Shown piece by piece: positions 14,295-28,620 of a stretch of DNA of 64,000 nucleotides. The position numbers and the translations under genes are program-made. The stretch's first letter is position 1, and each line of letters opens with the position of its first letter. The notes beneath the pieces were generated by a model. It was not told the origin of the DNA, did not search any database, and saw only the letters and a program-made list of their open reading frames with translations. Source of the stretch: the human T2T-CHM13v2.0 reference genome, Homo sapiens; the NCBI RefSeq assembly GCF_009914755.1, contig NC_060942.1. One strand, written 5' to 3'.

Positions 14295-14861
14295 TGTCAT
14301 TTTTTTTAAAAAAGAAAGCTCTTTCGACACTAAAACATGGACAAGCATTCTGATTCACTTGGCCATGTTGCAACTCACCATTAAATGGAACTCCAATATC
14401 AAAGAAACAAGGGATGAGACTGCCACTTGGGTTATTTAGATCAAAAAAATTCTACATCAAGTAATGAACATGAAAAAGTTCTGGATTTTTAAGGAAATCA
14501 CTCCAACTTTCCACTTGCCACTGCTAAGAGACTTCATGCCTGAAAGGAGGCCACATGGCTAGGACAGAGCTGTGTCTAAAGCCGAAGGCCTCCATGATCA
14601 GATGAGGACTGCAGTTCCTGGAATATTCTGATTTCAGGAGGGAGAGGTGGTAGGGGACACCTAGACTCAATGCTTACTTGTTTTCGTTGCAATATTATGC
14701 AGCATTTTGCTGTGGCATCTCTCAGGAAGGGATGCACTGCGAATATCACCATTCTGCCAGACTTACACTAGGGAGTAGCTAGAAAATTTTAAGTCTATAC
14801 ATGGATTTCTGGCGAGAATAGAAAGTCTTTCATTAGATTATCCTGATTTAAAATTCACAAA

Positions 14862-15052
14862 TCACTGTTTCCCAAAGTGTGGTCTGTACATCGTATTGCA
14901 AGCATGACCTGGGGTATTAGTTAAAAATACAGATCCCTTGTTCCCATTACAGTTCCACCAAATCAGAATCTGTAGGAGGGTCCCCAAAATTTGCATTTTA
15001 ACAAACTTTCCAGGTGATCTCTATATGCCCTGAAGTTCATGAGCCACCGTTC
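14862..15052. mobile_element. MER5 (hAT-Charlie) MITE
   Basis: ttcccaaagtgtggtc...ttaaaaatacagat...aatcagaatc...tgcattttaacaaactttccaggtgat. Confidence 0.85.
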
Positions 15053-17879
15053 TAAACAAAACAAACCACTCCCATATCCACAATGCCCCCCTTTAAACAA
15101 GGTTTCTGGCCAGCTAAAATAATAAAATAAAATTTGTACTTCTCCCAGGACACAGAATTGCTCCCCAAAGAAAGCAATTGGCAGATATTCCTGCTGACGG
15201 GTGGCGGCTGTGGCTGCAGTAGTTATTCCAGGCAATGGACAGTTCTTCCAGCCCAAAGGAAACTTAAGCTTAAAATAACAATGATGGTTTTTCTGTAGCA
15301 GCGAGGAATCTTTCAATTTATCATTCCCCAAAATCATACGGACTGCTGAAGCCATTAGATCCAATAGTGCCCATCCATGAACAAGCTGGACTTTGATTTA
15401 ACCTCAAATACCATCTGAGAAAGTCAAAATAATGTCACAGGGCTGGCTTCCATTTTGCTTTTTCTGAGCACTTTCCTACTCGGCTCACCTCTGAGCATAG
15501 ATGCTATTCTGCTGACCTCCACCCTTTCTTTATTTGCTTCTTTTTGATCCTTCTCCTTTCTCATGTGCCTTTCCAAACTCAGCCCCGATGAGCATGCAAG
15601 GGTCTTAGAAAACATGGAGTCCTTCAGAGCCTGATGGGAGACGCCTAAAGCAACTAAAAAAAAACCATAATTCATGTTTCCAAATTCCAGAGGGGGAGAA
15701 AAACAGCAAAGTGAACAGACTTGTGAAAAAAACATAAGGAATTTATCAACATTTATCAGTTTGATTCAGAGCAAAGCATGATTAAATATTTATTGCAGAT
15801 GCTGGTGAATTCTGGCTTCTCCTTAGTGAAGGGGCTGCCGTCAAGGACACCTGGGAGACCCCTTTTCTTCAGCTCGCCCCTCCGCTTTCTGTCTGACTCA
15901 CAAAGGGCCAGAGCACACTTTCTCTGCATAGAAGGAAAACCTACTGGGGCATTTCTTCTTTACAACCAGATGCAAATCTGCCTGCTGTGTAAATAGATGG
16001 AACTAAGTGACTAAGTGACACCATTCTCAATGCAAAAGATGTTAACCCTAAGTTTTCACAGCAATGCACTGGAATTCTCCAAAGCTAAAAGAAGCCCACA
16101 AAGCCCTCTGCAAAAGTAGAGCAACCTTTTCTACCAGTGAACTCCGATTCTGTACATTTTAGTTCAACCACTGACTCAAGAGGATGCTTAGAGTCAGCGG
16201 GAAAGCATGGCTGCAGGTGGAAGGGATAATGGTGTTGGGTCAGGTGGATTAGATTTATCAGGAGAAATTGGGCAAATATGCATGTGGTTCTTCTCATGGT
16301 CATGCTCATCCTCTTCGTCTACTGTTAATTGCAAAAGACGCCCTTTTAAAGGTAATTGCTACATTTCATCACTTGTTCATGTGGCTTGCACAGTTTGATA
16401 TTTATGACTGTCTCATTTTTCATACAAATGGAAATCCTGGGAGTCTGCCTTTATAGGCTTCTAGTATTAGCCCTTCCTGTTTCTCAACCTGTGTTTTTCC
16501 TTCGGTGGCCATTTGCTCCCTTTGCGGTAATACATGGCCTCAATTAGCAGGTTATGTTTGGACTGTAACCAGTTGTATTCCAGTTTTTCTGACTGTATTT
16601 CCCCTACCATCTTTTGCAGTCTTTCTAGAAAAAAAAATTCTGCCAAATCTTAACGGGTAAGTAAAATAACGGGTTTCGTCCTCTTGGCAAAGAGAGGAGC
16701 ATGCTAGCAAAACACACGGAAGAGAGGGTGAAGGGGATTCACATCTTCTCTGTTTTGCCCTCCGGTAAAGCTGCCCAAGGTGTGTATACACAGGTTCTCT
16801 CTGTCAACCTGCTCGCCCCATAGTCTGGGAAGAATTGGGCTCAGTGTAAATAAATGATAATGAGTCCATCGAAGCATTATATGGGATGGTCCCCTAGTGG
16901 CAGGAAAGAGTTAATATACCTCCCAAAGTGCCTAACTCACAATCAGGGAGAGACCTCACTCTGGGAGAACCAGGCTTCCACAAACCCAAACTTTGATAAA
17001 AGATGTCAGCAAGAAGGAAAAGTAGAAAAAGGAGGGTAATTATTTTTTTAATCATGCAGGAGTACTTCACTCTGGTAGGTATTAACTCAGTCATTTCTAG
17101 TAGGCCAGGAGATTAAAAAAAAAAAAAAAGGCAGAGGATGAAAGAAGAGAGACCCACAGAAAAGAAAAAAAGACACAGCAGAAGAGTCACAAAAAGAAGA
17201 AAGAGCAAGTGACACGTATGGTATTTTTTATTTTTCCGGACTACATTTGAAATTTCTGAGTTGCAAAAACTGAATCCCTCATGTCTCAAAGCCCCTCCAG
17301 GTAGTTGAAAACAGTCACCGTCTGCCTCCCAGAGGAGGTTGATCCTTGGCTTTTATCAACTACAGTAAACTCTATCTTAGAATATATTTGTTACAGGTAT
17401 CAGAATTCCCTCCCTGGAATTATATTTTAAGATCTATGTATCTCTATCTTTTTCAAAGGTACAATAAAAGACCATGTTTTAAAAAAAACTTCTTGTACAC
17501 TTCAACTTTATTTTTTATCCCCTAAATGTGATTGCCTAGATCCACATAAGATTGTTAAAAACTGGAAGCTCTTTGAGGGCAATTGTTTTTAGTAATAGTA
17601 GCAGTAGTTGTAATATTTCTTACAAAACTTTATTAAAGTATTTGCTTGGTAATAGATATTATATTTTACAAATGGTGAGCCAGAAAATAAATATTACTCA
17701 ATTATAAAACTTTAAGTAAACATTTATAATCTGTTATTTTTTTAAATATATATTTAAACTATCATATCTATTCTAAAAAACAATTTAGAATATAAAGATA
17801 TATATAAAAAGGAAGAGAATTCTCACATAATTCCACCTACCAAGTGTAACTACTCTTTACATTTGAGGTCTACATATTC

Positions 17880-17881
<2 letters not shown>

Positions 17882-17939
<58 letters not shown>

Positions 17940-17963
17940 CACACATACACACACATATATATA
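17882..17963. repeat. (TA)n/(CA)n microsatellite
   Basis: About 25 perfect TA units followed by CA/TA units. Confidence 0.95.
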
Positions 17964-18295
17964 TTTAATTAATTTTATTAAAATAAATTGCATGCATATT
18001 TTGTCACATGCTTTTTAAAAATTAAACAACATAATTTTCCACATGTCTTTCCATTTCATCAATTATTATGTAAAATTCCAAACATTATTTTTAATAAGTG
18101 CGTGTGTCTCATTATGTGGGTAAATAAAAATTATTTACTGCAATTTGTCTAATTTACAATGAAACATTTATGTTGGTTACATGTATCTGTATTTGAAACA
18201 ATGCTGAGATGAACATTCTCAGAGTTAAATGTTTGTGTACATTCATAATTTTATAATTCTATGAAATGGAATTATGAGATCAAAGGATTCAGCCA

Positions 18296-18503
18296 TTTAT
18301 TTATTTATTTTATTTTCAGAGATGAGGTCTCTCTCTGTCGCTAGAGTGCAGTGGCATGATCATAGCTTACTGCAGCCTCAAACTCCTGGGTTCAAGTGAT
18401 CCTCCCACCTCAGCCTTCTAAGTAGCTAGGACTGCAGGCATGCACCATACCTGGCCAATTTATTTTTATTTCATAGAAATGGGGTCTCACTATGTTGCCC
18501 AGG
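18296..18503 (-). mobile_element. 5'-truncated AluJ
   Basis: Right arm, linker and partial left arm. AluJ-type gatcatagcttactgcagcctcaaactcctggg. Degenerate TSD attcagccattt / attcagtctttt. Confidence 0.85.
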
Positions 18504-19189
18504 TGAGGCATTCAGTCTTTTAAAGGTGGCTATTTTATATTGCAAACTTAATATCCCAAAAGCTTGTATCAATTTATTTTTCCACCAGCAGTAGGCATAC
18601 ATATATCTTCAAAGTAAACAGTCAAACAGCAAATCCTATCCAAAAAGGTAATTTGAATTTTCTGACTCCAATACAAATTTGTGGTAGATAGCAAGAGTCC
18701 CAGCAATAGAATCACAAAGATTTGTATAAGTTAGGTTGCAAAGATGATAAAGAAGATTCAACATGCCTTTTTAATAAAAGATTTTTCTATGCGCTTAAAT
18801 TTGGACTGGATCTGAAGATTGTAATCACAAGCTATAAACACATGAAAGAAGATTACATCATTTTATGATTTACTTTCAGAGGCATGAAATAGACAAGGTT
18901 TTATGTGCAAGATGGTCTAAGGAGAAGATAAGAATGAAAACTCAAATTCAGGGCTCCGTTCACTCATTTATTGGTTCTTTAACATTTATTGACTATCCCT
19001 GTTTTCACCATACTGTGCTAAGTTCTACAGAAGCTCAAAACTGAGAGGAATTAAAATCTGATTCTTATAATAGATCATAGATTCCCCAGAAAGCTCTTCC
19101 AAACTTTAGGAACTTCTAATAGTTGTTCAAAATGATAGCTGATTGTTTTACAAAAACATACCAGCAAAGTACATAATTGAGCGATTAAT

Positions 19190-19900
19190 CAACTGATTTA
19201 TTGAACACCTCCTTTAAACAAGGCACACCAAATGCTATGAGATAGTCTCTGCCCTTCAATACCTACAAATCTAATGCAAAAGATTTGACAATAAACACAC
19301 ATAAAAATGTAAGCGGCAATCCATGGTACAGAAAGAAAGTGCCGCAGAGAGAGTCAGCTGAGTGGAAGGCCTGATTTGCTCTGTGCGCAGAAGTCCTTCC
19401 AGCTTAAATGGCAAGAGTTGAATTTGGGATGGGCCTTACTGGATGGTGGAATGTGCATGAATAAAGGACACAGAGGTAGGAAATCAGCCTCAGCAAAGCT
19501 TCAGAAGCCAGAATGTGCAAGGCATATTTGGGAAGGAGCAATGAGAACTCCAGGAAGGTCTGGCTGGAGCACAGACTTCAGTGTGAAGAAAAGGGAAAGA
19601 AAGTGCCAACAAAGCAGCTGAAGCCACATTGTCGCACAGGACGAAAGCAAAGCCAGGCAGTTCGAACTCTATCTGAACGCAATGTGTAACCAGAAAAGAT
19701 CTTAGAGGGAGGAAATGAGGAGGTGTGGACAGGATTGTAGAAAGATCAGTCTCTACTGAGAGCAAGCTGGGATGGTGGTGGTGAAGGGGAAGGTAGTTTG
19801 GAGACTCATAATAATCTAGGTGTGCAGTGACTATGTGCTGGGAACCAGGTAGACACAGCGAGATGGGAAAGGTGAAGAACTCCAAATATTAGGACAGATG
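19190..19900 (-). mobile_element. L2 fragment
   Basis: atttattgaacacct...ctgcccttcaa...agagtgcaaagg-like segments and ggctggagc. Confidence 0.65.
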
Positions 19901-20817
19901 AGTTTTAGGGAAGTCTGGAGGCTCTTTGTCCTTTGATCACCTTTTCTTCCTATGGTCAATTTAAAACACACAAATGGATGGCAGCAGCTTGCCTCTCCCT
20001 GGTTCTGCCAGTATTTCTACTCCTATTGTCCCCTGATTCGGGGACAACTGTTACATTAGGCAAGTATAAAACCAAGTGTGGATTTCAGTAACCATTGTTG
20101 GGGATATTTTTAACATAATTACTAAAGCCTTAAATATTTTAAAAAGGTCATTCTCCTTTATGAATGCATGTATTACGTGTATATTTACATATTGTGCATT
20201 TTGATGTGATTCACAGGTTGTACATCTAACTTTAGAAGAAGTAAAGCTCTTATTAAATATCCCATGCTTGAAAATGTTAGAATAATTTGCAGAAAATATT
20301 TCAGAGCTTCTCTAAATGGCTCAGAGGCATTTACAACTTAAGAAAAACTACAGCTTGCTGAAAAGCATGAATTGCTTACTGTCTTTTTTTAATGAGAATT
20401 TAAGAAGGCTTATTAAAAAAGAAATAAATTTTCCATTTCAGCTCATTTGGCTTCATCTGCTATTAAATCCTACACATACCCAAGAGTTGCACTGATGTAC
20501 TTAAATATTGTTTCTGCATTGAGATTGCCTAATGAGGCAATTAGTGGAACTCCTCAGATAGCTGGACCAAACGCTTTTCAGCAGACAGAAGAGGTCCACT
20601 AAAGCAACAATGCAAAGTGCTTACATTCCCTGCCCACTTCTATTTGACCATGTGTCTTAGACAAGGCGAGTGGTGATTTTGGAAGGTGGACAAAACCATG
20701 CACTTCGCCTAGATGAAAGAGGAGCTTTGAGGCATTGTTTCTGAAAACCATGCAAAAGGCACAACACAGAAGAACAAAACTTTCTCTTTTCTCTCAGAAT
20801 TACCAGCTTTGCTCTAA

Positions 20818-21632
20818 TCCAAAGCTTTCTAAACTTGAGTTTTCAAGAAACCACCTTTTTGTTGTTGCTATTTATTTACTGTCTTAAAATATAAATTAAC
20901 TACTTTCTTCAAATTGATTAAAAACTTTTACTAAAATTTATTTTTAAACTATATACAAATACCATAAATGGAATGCCAGAATCATTTGATACAAATAGAA
21001 GATAACTATAAAAAGTAATATCATGACAATAAAATTGGCTTATTAAGTGCCGTTGCAATATCATCTTCTGTCAAAGAGAGGAGCTTGGGATATTTTCTTT
21101 TTCTTGCAGAGGGAGATTGGCAAAGGCTAGAGAGGTATTCAAGTCATTCTGGTACCAGGCAGAGACTTTCTTTTTGACTTTGTCATAAGGATTGAAAGAG
21201 AATTGAAAAGGAAATAGCTTCCTTCCAATGTGATTGGTTATTTATTCATTATTTAACAAATACATGCATAACACTCACCAGGTGCCTAGGTGCCTATATT
21301 TGCCTAAGTAATTTACATCTATTAACTTATCTATCCTCATATCGACCCTATAAGGTAGTATATTATTATCCCCATTTTACAGATGAGAAAAGGTACACAG
21401 AGTTTAAGTATTTTGTTTAAGGTCACACAGCTAAAAAGTGGCAGAGCCAGGCTCAAACCCAGGCATTTTCACTACCGTTTGTTCACTTACCACCACTCCA
21501 CACTGCCTGTGACAGTGGGATTCAACACTCTATAGAGCCACTTTCACACATGACCTAAAATCATAGCGTGTCTCATGTAGAAGCATTAGCCCACACTGCA
21601 CTACATGCCCCACGTGTCGAAGAGCACTGAAC
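20818..21632. mobile_element. Old hAT-Charlie element (Charlie4a-like), split by a MIR
   Basis: Termini caaagctttctaaactt ... gaagagcactg. Internal gagactttct...aaggattgaaagagaattgaaaaggaaata. Confidence 0.5.
21250..21506 (-). mobile_element. MIR SINE, near full length
   Basis: attattatccccattttacagatgagaaa...aaggtcacacagcta..aagtggcagagccagg.tcaaacccaggc. Confidence 0.9.
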
Positions 21633-22239
21633 TTCCAGCTGTCTTCAAATCCTATCTCCTTGGCGAATCTTATGATCCAGCCCTCAGTGACTGCTTTGTC
21701 CCCTGACCCACTGAACCACTTACTGTTGGTTCTCTCTGGATTGTTAGCGTTGATGAACTTGAATGGTTATTTGAAGTTTTAATATTAATATACCAATATT
21801 AAATACTATTAATAATATATTAGTAAATAATATTAGTATATTCTTCTCCCCTGGTACATTTTAAATCCTTTAAACAAAGGAAATGTTTTGTATGTCTTTG
21901 AATCAATCCTTAAAACTTAATAGGTGTTTTATAAATGATTTAATGATAATCATTTTATCCATATATAGACCAGAGTTTCAAGAGAAGGAATTATATATCA
22001 ATATCTATTATATATATTTAATGTATATATACACAAAAGTTTCATAAGAATAAATGTTCACACACATACACACACACACACACAAATGCAATTTCTAGAG
22101 AGGCTGAAGGTAAAGACAAAGAGTCATAAGGCCCATGCAATAAGATGTTGTCTCCCAAATATTTTACATGTGATTTGGTAATGACATAAAGAAACAAATC
22201 AGCTGTTAGTTAGAACTAACTACATGGCAAGCACCATTA

Positions 22240-22380
22240 TGCGATTTTACAAAAGGTAAAACTGAGTATCAGAAAGGGTAATTTGTGCAACGTGATATTA
22301 ATATAATCCCTAAGATTTGAGATTGGAAACAGGGCTGCCTGAATCCAAGGACTGCATTCATTTCTTAACTACGACACCAC
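22240..22380 (-). mobile_element. MIR fragment
   Basis: attttacaaaaggtaaaactgag...gattggaaacagggctgcctgaatccaag. Confidence 0.65.
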
Positions 22381-23765
22381 ACAGGGAAGAGGGGGTCAAT
22401 TGTGAATTGTCACTTGTCAATTGTGAATTTTGAATCGTCAATTGTGAATCTCATAGATTTCTATGAGAAAATCTAAATGTGGCATTGTATGTGCATTTTG
22501 TATTGTGATTTAAAACATATTACATGAAATCTACCCACTTAATAAATGTTTGAATGTATAGTACAGTATTGTTAACTATAAACACAATGTTGAACTGCAG
22601 ATCTCTAGAACTTCCATCTTGTGTGACTGAAACTCTATAACCACTGAACCACTCCTCATTTCTCCTGACAGCCCCTGGCAAGTGTCATTCTACTTTCTGT
22701 TTCAATGAGTCTGACTATCTTAGATATCCATATAAGTGGAATCATGCAGTATTTGTCCTTTTGTGACTGGCTTGTTTCACTTAGCATAATGTCCTTAAAG
22801 TCCATCCATGTTGTAGCACGTGACAGGAGTTCCTTCTTTTTTAATGGCTGGAGAATTTTCTATTGTGTTTATAAATACACACACACTCACACACACACAC
22901 ACACACACATACACACCCCTACATTTTCTTTATTCATTTATCCATCCATCCATGAACATTTAGGTTGTTTCTACCTCTTAACTATTTGAATAATGCCACA
23001 ATGAACATGGAAGTACAAATATCTCTTCAATATTTTGATTTTGATTCCTCTGGATAAATACCCAAAAGTGGGTTGCTGAGTCATATGGTGGTTCTCCGTA
23101 CCATTTTCTGTAATGGCTGTACCATTTTCCATTCTCACCAGTAATATACGAGGGTTCATTTATCTCCATATCCTTGCTGACATTTGATGTTTTATTTTTT
23201 AAATAATGGCAATCCTAACAGATATGAGTGATATCTTATTGTGGTTTTGATTTTTCTTTCTCTATCATTAGTGATTTTGAGTACCTTTTCATATATCTCT
23301 TGGTCATTTGTATGTCTTCTTTGGAGAAATATCTATTGAGGTCCTTTGCTTATGTCTTAATCAGGTTGTTTGTTTGATTTTTTGCTGTTGAGTTGTAGGA
23401 GTTCCTCAAACATTTTAGTTATTAACTTTTTATCAGATGTATGGTTTGCAGACATTTTCTCCCATTCCATAGGTTGTCTTTTCACTCTGTTGACTATTTC
23501 TTTTGCTGTGCAGAAGCTTTTTAGTTTGATGTAGTCCCACTTGTCTATTTTTGCTTTTGTTACCTGTGCTTTTAGTGTCATATCCAAGAAATCATTGCCA
23601 AGCCAAATATCAACAGGGTTTTTTTCCTGTGTTTTCTTCTAGGGGTTTTATGATATCAGGTACTACACTTGAGTCTTTAATCCATTTTGCGTTGATTTTT
23701 ATGTGTGGTGTAAGATAAGGACCCAGTTTCCTTCTTTTGAATGTAGATATCCTGTTTTTCAAGCA

Positions 23766-24613
23766 TGTTGTGAATTCTTACAAGTTTATGTTGCCTCAGC
23801 ATCCATTTTAAATATGAGATTAACTTTCTCATATCAGTAGCAGGGCTTAGTCATCCTTGACACAATTTCCAGTTCTCTGCCTCCTCCCAGTTCCTCAAAG
23901 TAGTCAATCCAGATGTCTCCCTTATATAACCACTTCCTAGTGACCATTGCCCTATGAGACAGCTAGATACAACTTACCTAACTGACCTCCACCTCCTACA
24001 TGCACAATGCAGATAAGCCACAGCAACCACCTTTTAGTCACAGTGTGATCGCATGGAACTTGATCCAGCTTGCTGTAAATCCACCAGTTACAATTCCCAA
24101 TGGGAGACCCACCTAGATGATACCTGGACCGCAATAAAAGCTTCAGCCTACAGGTCCCTCATTTTGTCTCCCTCTTATTCCTTACCCGCTGGTTGGGAAT
24201 GCCTTATGACTCCCCCCTTTCCATTGGTGTTCCAAGGCATGTTGACCTCTTCTCTCTGGGATCTGTCAAGTAGTAAACTTTCAGTTATTTCACGTGTTTT
24301 GTTGAGTTGACTCCTCTGTGTCTTTTTTCCTGGTCAGGGTTCTCCTAGAGAGTGGCTATCTTGGTAGGAATAAACTGGACACAGGGCAGACAAGAGCCAC
24401 AGAGTGTTCACCAGCATAAACATGTTTCCTGTGAGAGGAACACCTGGTCATGGGTCAGACATTGAGGCATCTTCTCAATAAAGAAGTATCCCACGAAGGA
24501 TACATTTTAAATATTCATGACCAAATACCCTGGAGCCCCATAAAGGCAAGACTAGAGTTTATAGCCACTATCCAGAAAAAGGACTCAAGACCAAATTAGA
24601 GGAAAATACAACA
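23766..24613. mobile_element. Solo LTR, MER21A-like
   Basis: TGT...ACA termini and 5-bp TSD aagca/cagca inside the L1. Internal ctcctagagagtggctatcttggtaggaataaactggacacag matches the recalled MER21 consensus. Confidence 0.8.
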
Positions 24614-25260
24614 CAGCACCATTTGTTGAAAAGACTATCCTTCCCCACTGTGTAGTCTTGACACCCTTGTTGAAGATCCTTTGATCTCATATATGTGGGT
24701 TTATTTCTGGGCTCTCTATTCTAGTCCATTGAACTATTTCTGTATTTATACCAGCACTATACTGTTTTGATGACTGTAGCTTTGTAATGTGTTTTGAAAT
24801 CAGGAAGTCTGAGGCCCCTAGCTTTGTCCTTCTTTCTCAAGATTGTTTTGGCTACTTAGTCTCCTTTTTGGTTTTATAGAATTTTAAAATTGTTTTCTCT
24901 AGTTCTATTAAAAAATGCCATTGGGATTTTCAAAGAGACTGTGCTGAATCTGTAGATCACTTTGAGTAGTATGGATATTTTAACAAAATTAAGTCTTCTA
25001 ATTACAAACATGGGATGTCTTTCCATTTATTTGTGTCTTTAATTTCTTTCATCAATGTTTTGTACTTTTCAGTGTATGTGTCCTTCACTTCCTTAGTTAA
25101 GTTTATTATTAAGCATCTTATTCTTTTGGGCACTATTGTAAATGGGATTATTTTCTTAATTTCCTTTTGAATTGTGCATTTTTAGTATAGAACACAATGG
25201 GTTTCTATATGTTGATTTTGTGTCCTGAACCTTTACGATATTCATTTATTGGTTCTGATA

Positions 25261-25267
25261 CTCTCTG

Positions 25268-25305
<38 letters not shown>

Positions 25306-25312
25306 TGTGTGT
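25261..25312. repeat. (TC)n(TG)n microsatellite
   Basis: Directly visible in the sequence. Confidence 0.95.
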
Positions 25313-27841
25313 AATATTTAGGGTTTTCTATGTATGATTAGGTCATCAATGAACAGAGATAAATTTACTTCTTTCTTCCCAGTGTGAATGACTTTTACTT
25401 TTTTTCTTGTCTAATTTCTCTGGCTAGTGCTTCTAGTACGATGTTGACTAGAAGTGGTAAGAGTAGCTATACCTGTCTTACTCCTGATTTTAGAGGAAAA
25501 GCTTTCAGTTTTTCACCATTATGATGTTAGTGGTGGGCTTTTTAGATATGGCCTTCATTATGTTGAAGTCATTTCCTTCCTAATTTGTTGAGTGTTTTTA
25601 CCATGAAAGGATATTGAGTTTTGTTATTTTTTTATATTGACTTAACCATGTGATTTTTATTCTTTGTTCTGTTAATGTAGGGTATATATTGATTGATTTT
25701 TGTACATTGAACCATCCTTACATACCAGGGACAAATCCCACTTAATCATGGTATATGATCCCTTTAGTGTGCTGTTAAATTTGGCTTGCTGGTATTTTGC
25801 TGAGGATTTTTGCACTTAAATTGTCCTAGGATATTACTCTGCAGTTTTCTTATACTGCTATGTCAGACTTTGGTATTATGGTAATGCTGGCCTCATAAAA
25901 TGACTTTGGACATGTCCCTTTTCCTCCAGTTTTCTGGAAGAGTTTCATAAGGATTGGCATTAATTCTCCCTAAATGTTTGGTAGACTTCACCAGTGAAGC
26001 CATCTTGTCCTGGGCTTTTCTTTGCTGGGAGGGTTTTGATTATTGATTCAATCTTTTACTGAGTATAGGTGTATTCAAATTTATACTTCTTCATAATTTA
26101 GTCTTCATGATTTAGTCTAGGAATTTATCCATTTCTTGTAGGTTATCCCATTTTTTGGTGTATAATTATTCAGAGCAGTTTCTTATGATCCTTTTTATTT
26201 CTTTGATATCAATCGTAATGTCTCCTTTTTCATTACTGATTTTTGTGATTTGAGTCTTGTCTCTTTGTTTCTTAATCTAGCTAAATGTTTATCAATTTTA
26301 TATTTCCTCAAAACCAACTTGTAGTTTTGTTTATTTTTTCCTATTGTTTTTCTATTCTGTATTTTACTTATTCTTCCTCTAATTATTTCCTTCCTTCTGC
26401 TAACTTTGGCCTTAGTTTGTTCTTCTTTTTCTAGCTCTTAGATATGTAATATTAAATTTTTTATGTGAGATCTTCTTTTAATTTGGGCATTTATCATTAT
26501 AAATATTCATCTTAGTACTGTTTTGTTGCATCCCATAAGTTTTGATATGTTGCATTTTCATTTTCATTTGTCCCAAGATATTTTGTAATTTCCCTTTTGA
26601 TTACTACTTTGACCCATTGACTGTTTAGTGGGTCACATATTTGTAAATATTTCAGTTTTCTGTCTGCCATTAATTTCTAGTTTCATTCCATTGCGGTCGC
26701 AACATACATTTGGTATGATTTCAATCTTCTTGAATGTACTAAAAATTATTTAGTGACCTAACATGCAATCTGTGCTAGGGAATGTTATGGGTTGCTGGAG
26801 AAGAATAATAAAATAGGGGTATTGAAGACAACAATAATTGTGTTACTATTTCTCCTTTCAGTTCTGTCAATGTTTACTTCATATATTTTGGTGGTCCAAT
26901 GTTGGGTGCATATATATTTATAATTGTTGTATCTTCCTGATGAATTGATCCTTTTGTTATATAATGTCCTTCTTTATGTATTTTGGTAATATTTGACTAA
27001 AAGTCTATTTTGTCTGATATAAATATGGCCACCCCACTCTCTTTTGGTTATTATATTATGGAATATCTGTTTTCATTCTTTACTTTTAACCTATGTGTGT
27101 CCATAATTTGAAAATGGATCTCTTATAGAAAGTATATAGTTGGATCTTGGTGTTTTAATCCATTGAGCTATTCTGTGTCTTTTGATTGGGGAATTTAATC
27201 CATTTACCTTTCAAGTTATTATTGCTAGAGAAGGAGTCACTATTGTCATTTTGTTACTTGTTTTCTGTCTTGTAGATTTCTGTTACTCTTTTCCTTTCTT
27301 TCTGTCTTCCTTTATGTTTCATTAATTTTTTTAAGAGTAACAGGCTTCATTCTTTTCTCATTTTCCTTTACTTATATTCTATAGGTATTTTCTTTGTGGT
27401 TATCATGGTGCTTACATAAACCATCTTACAGTTAAAATACTCGTTTTAAACTGATAACAACTTGTCTTCAATCACATACTAATACTCTACAATTTTCCTC
27501 TCCCCACACACTTTATGTTATTTATTTTACAAATTACATGTTTTTATTTTGTATATCCATTAACATGTTTTTATAGTTGTAGTTATTTTTATACTCATCT
27601 TTTAATTTCTATACCTGATATTAAAAGTGATTTGCATATCACCATTACAGTATTATGGTATTCTGTATGTCTATAGACTTAGCTTTACCAGCTGGCTTTA
27701 TACTTTCATATGGTTTTGTGTTGCTGTTAAGTGTCCTTTTGTTTCAACTTGAAGGACTTTCTTTAGCATCAGTTGTAAGATATGGTGATAATGAATCCCA
27801 CAGCTTCAGTTTTCTTGAAAGTCTTTATTTCTCCTTCATTC

Positions 27842-28620
27842 TTTTTTTTTTTATTATACTTTAAGTTATAGGGTACATGTGCACAACGTGCAGGTTTGTT
27901 ACATATGTATACATGTGCCATGTTGGTGTGCTGCACCCATTAACTCGTCATTTAGCATTAGGTATATCTCCTAAGGCTATCACTCCCCGCTCCCCTCACC
28001 CCACAACAGTCCCCAGAGTGTGATGTTCCCCTTCCCGTGTCCACGTGTTCTCTTTGTTCAATTCCCACCTATGAGTGAGAACATGCGGTGTTTGGGTTTT
28101 TTGTACTTGCAATAGTTTGCTGAGAATGATGGTTTCCAGCTTCATCCATGTCCCTACAAAGGACACGAACTCATCATTTTTTATGGCTGCATAGTATTCT
28201 GTGGTGTATATGTGCCACATTTTCTTAATCCAGTCTATCATTGTTGGACATTTGGCTTGGTTCCAAGTCTTTGCTATTGTGAATAGTGCCGCAATAAACA
28301 TATTTGTGCATGTGTCTTTATAGCAGCATGTTTTATAATCCTTTGGGTATATACCCAGTAATGGGATGGCTGGGTAAAATGGTATTTCTAGTTCTAGATC
28401 CCTGAGGAATCGCCACACTGACTTCCACAATGGTTGAACTAGTTTACAGTCCCACCAACAGTGTAAAAGTGTTCCTATTTCTCCACATCCTCTCCAGCAC
28501 CTGTTGTTTCCTGACTTTTTAATGATTGCCATTCTAACTGGTGTGAGATGGTATCTCATTGTGGTTTTGATTTGCATTTCTCTGATGGCCAGTGATGATG
28601 AGCATTTTTTCATGTGTTTT
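27842..28620 (-). mobile_element. Young 5'-truncated L1PA (L1PA3-like) insertion
   Basis: ORF 27996-28613 is nearly identical to the L1 ORF2p C-terminus ([27 protein letters not shown]...) and is frameshifted near the end. 3'UTR aactcgtcatttagcattaggtatatctcct. TSD cattctt on both sides. Confidence 0.95.

Larger units (their letters stand above)
17730..18595 (-). mobile_element. Ancient L1ME-type 3' fragment
   Basis: aacaatgctgagatgaacattct...ggaattatgagatcaaagg; tgtatcaatttattttccaccagcagt-like motif. Interrupted by (TA)n and an Alu. Confidence 0.6.

Noticed and set aside
27996-28613. 205-aa ORF, the longest in the window
   Set aside because: It is the L1 ORF2p C-terminus of a truncated, frameshifted L1PA, not a host gene or an active element.
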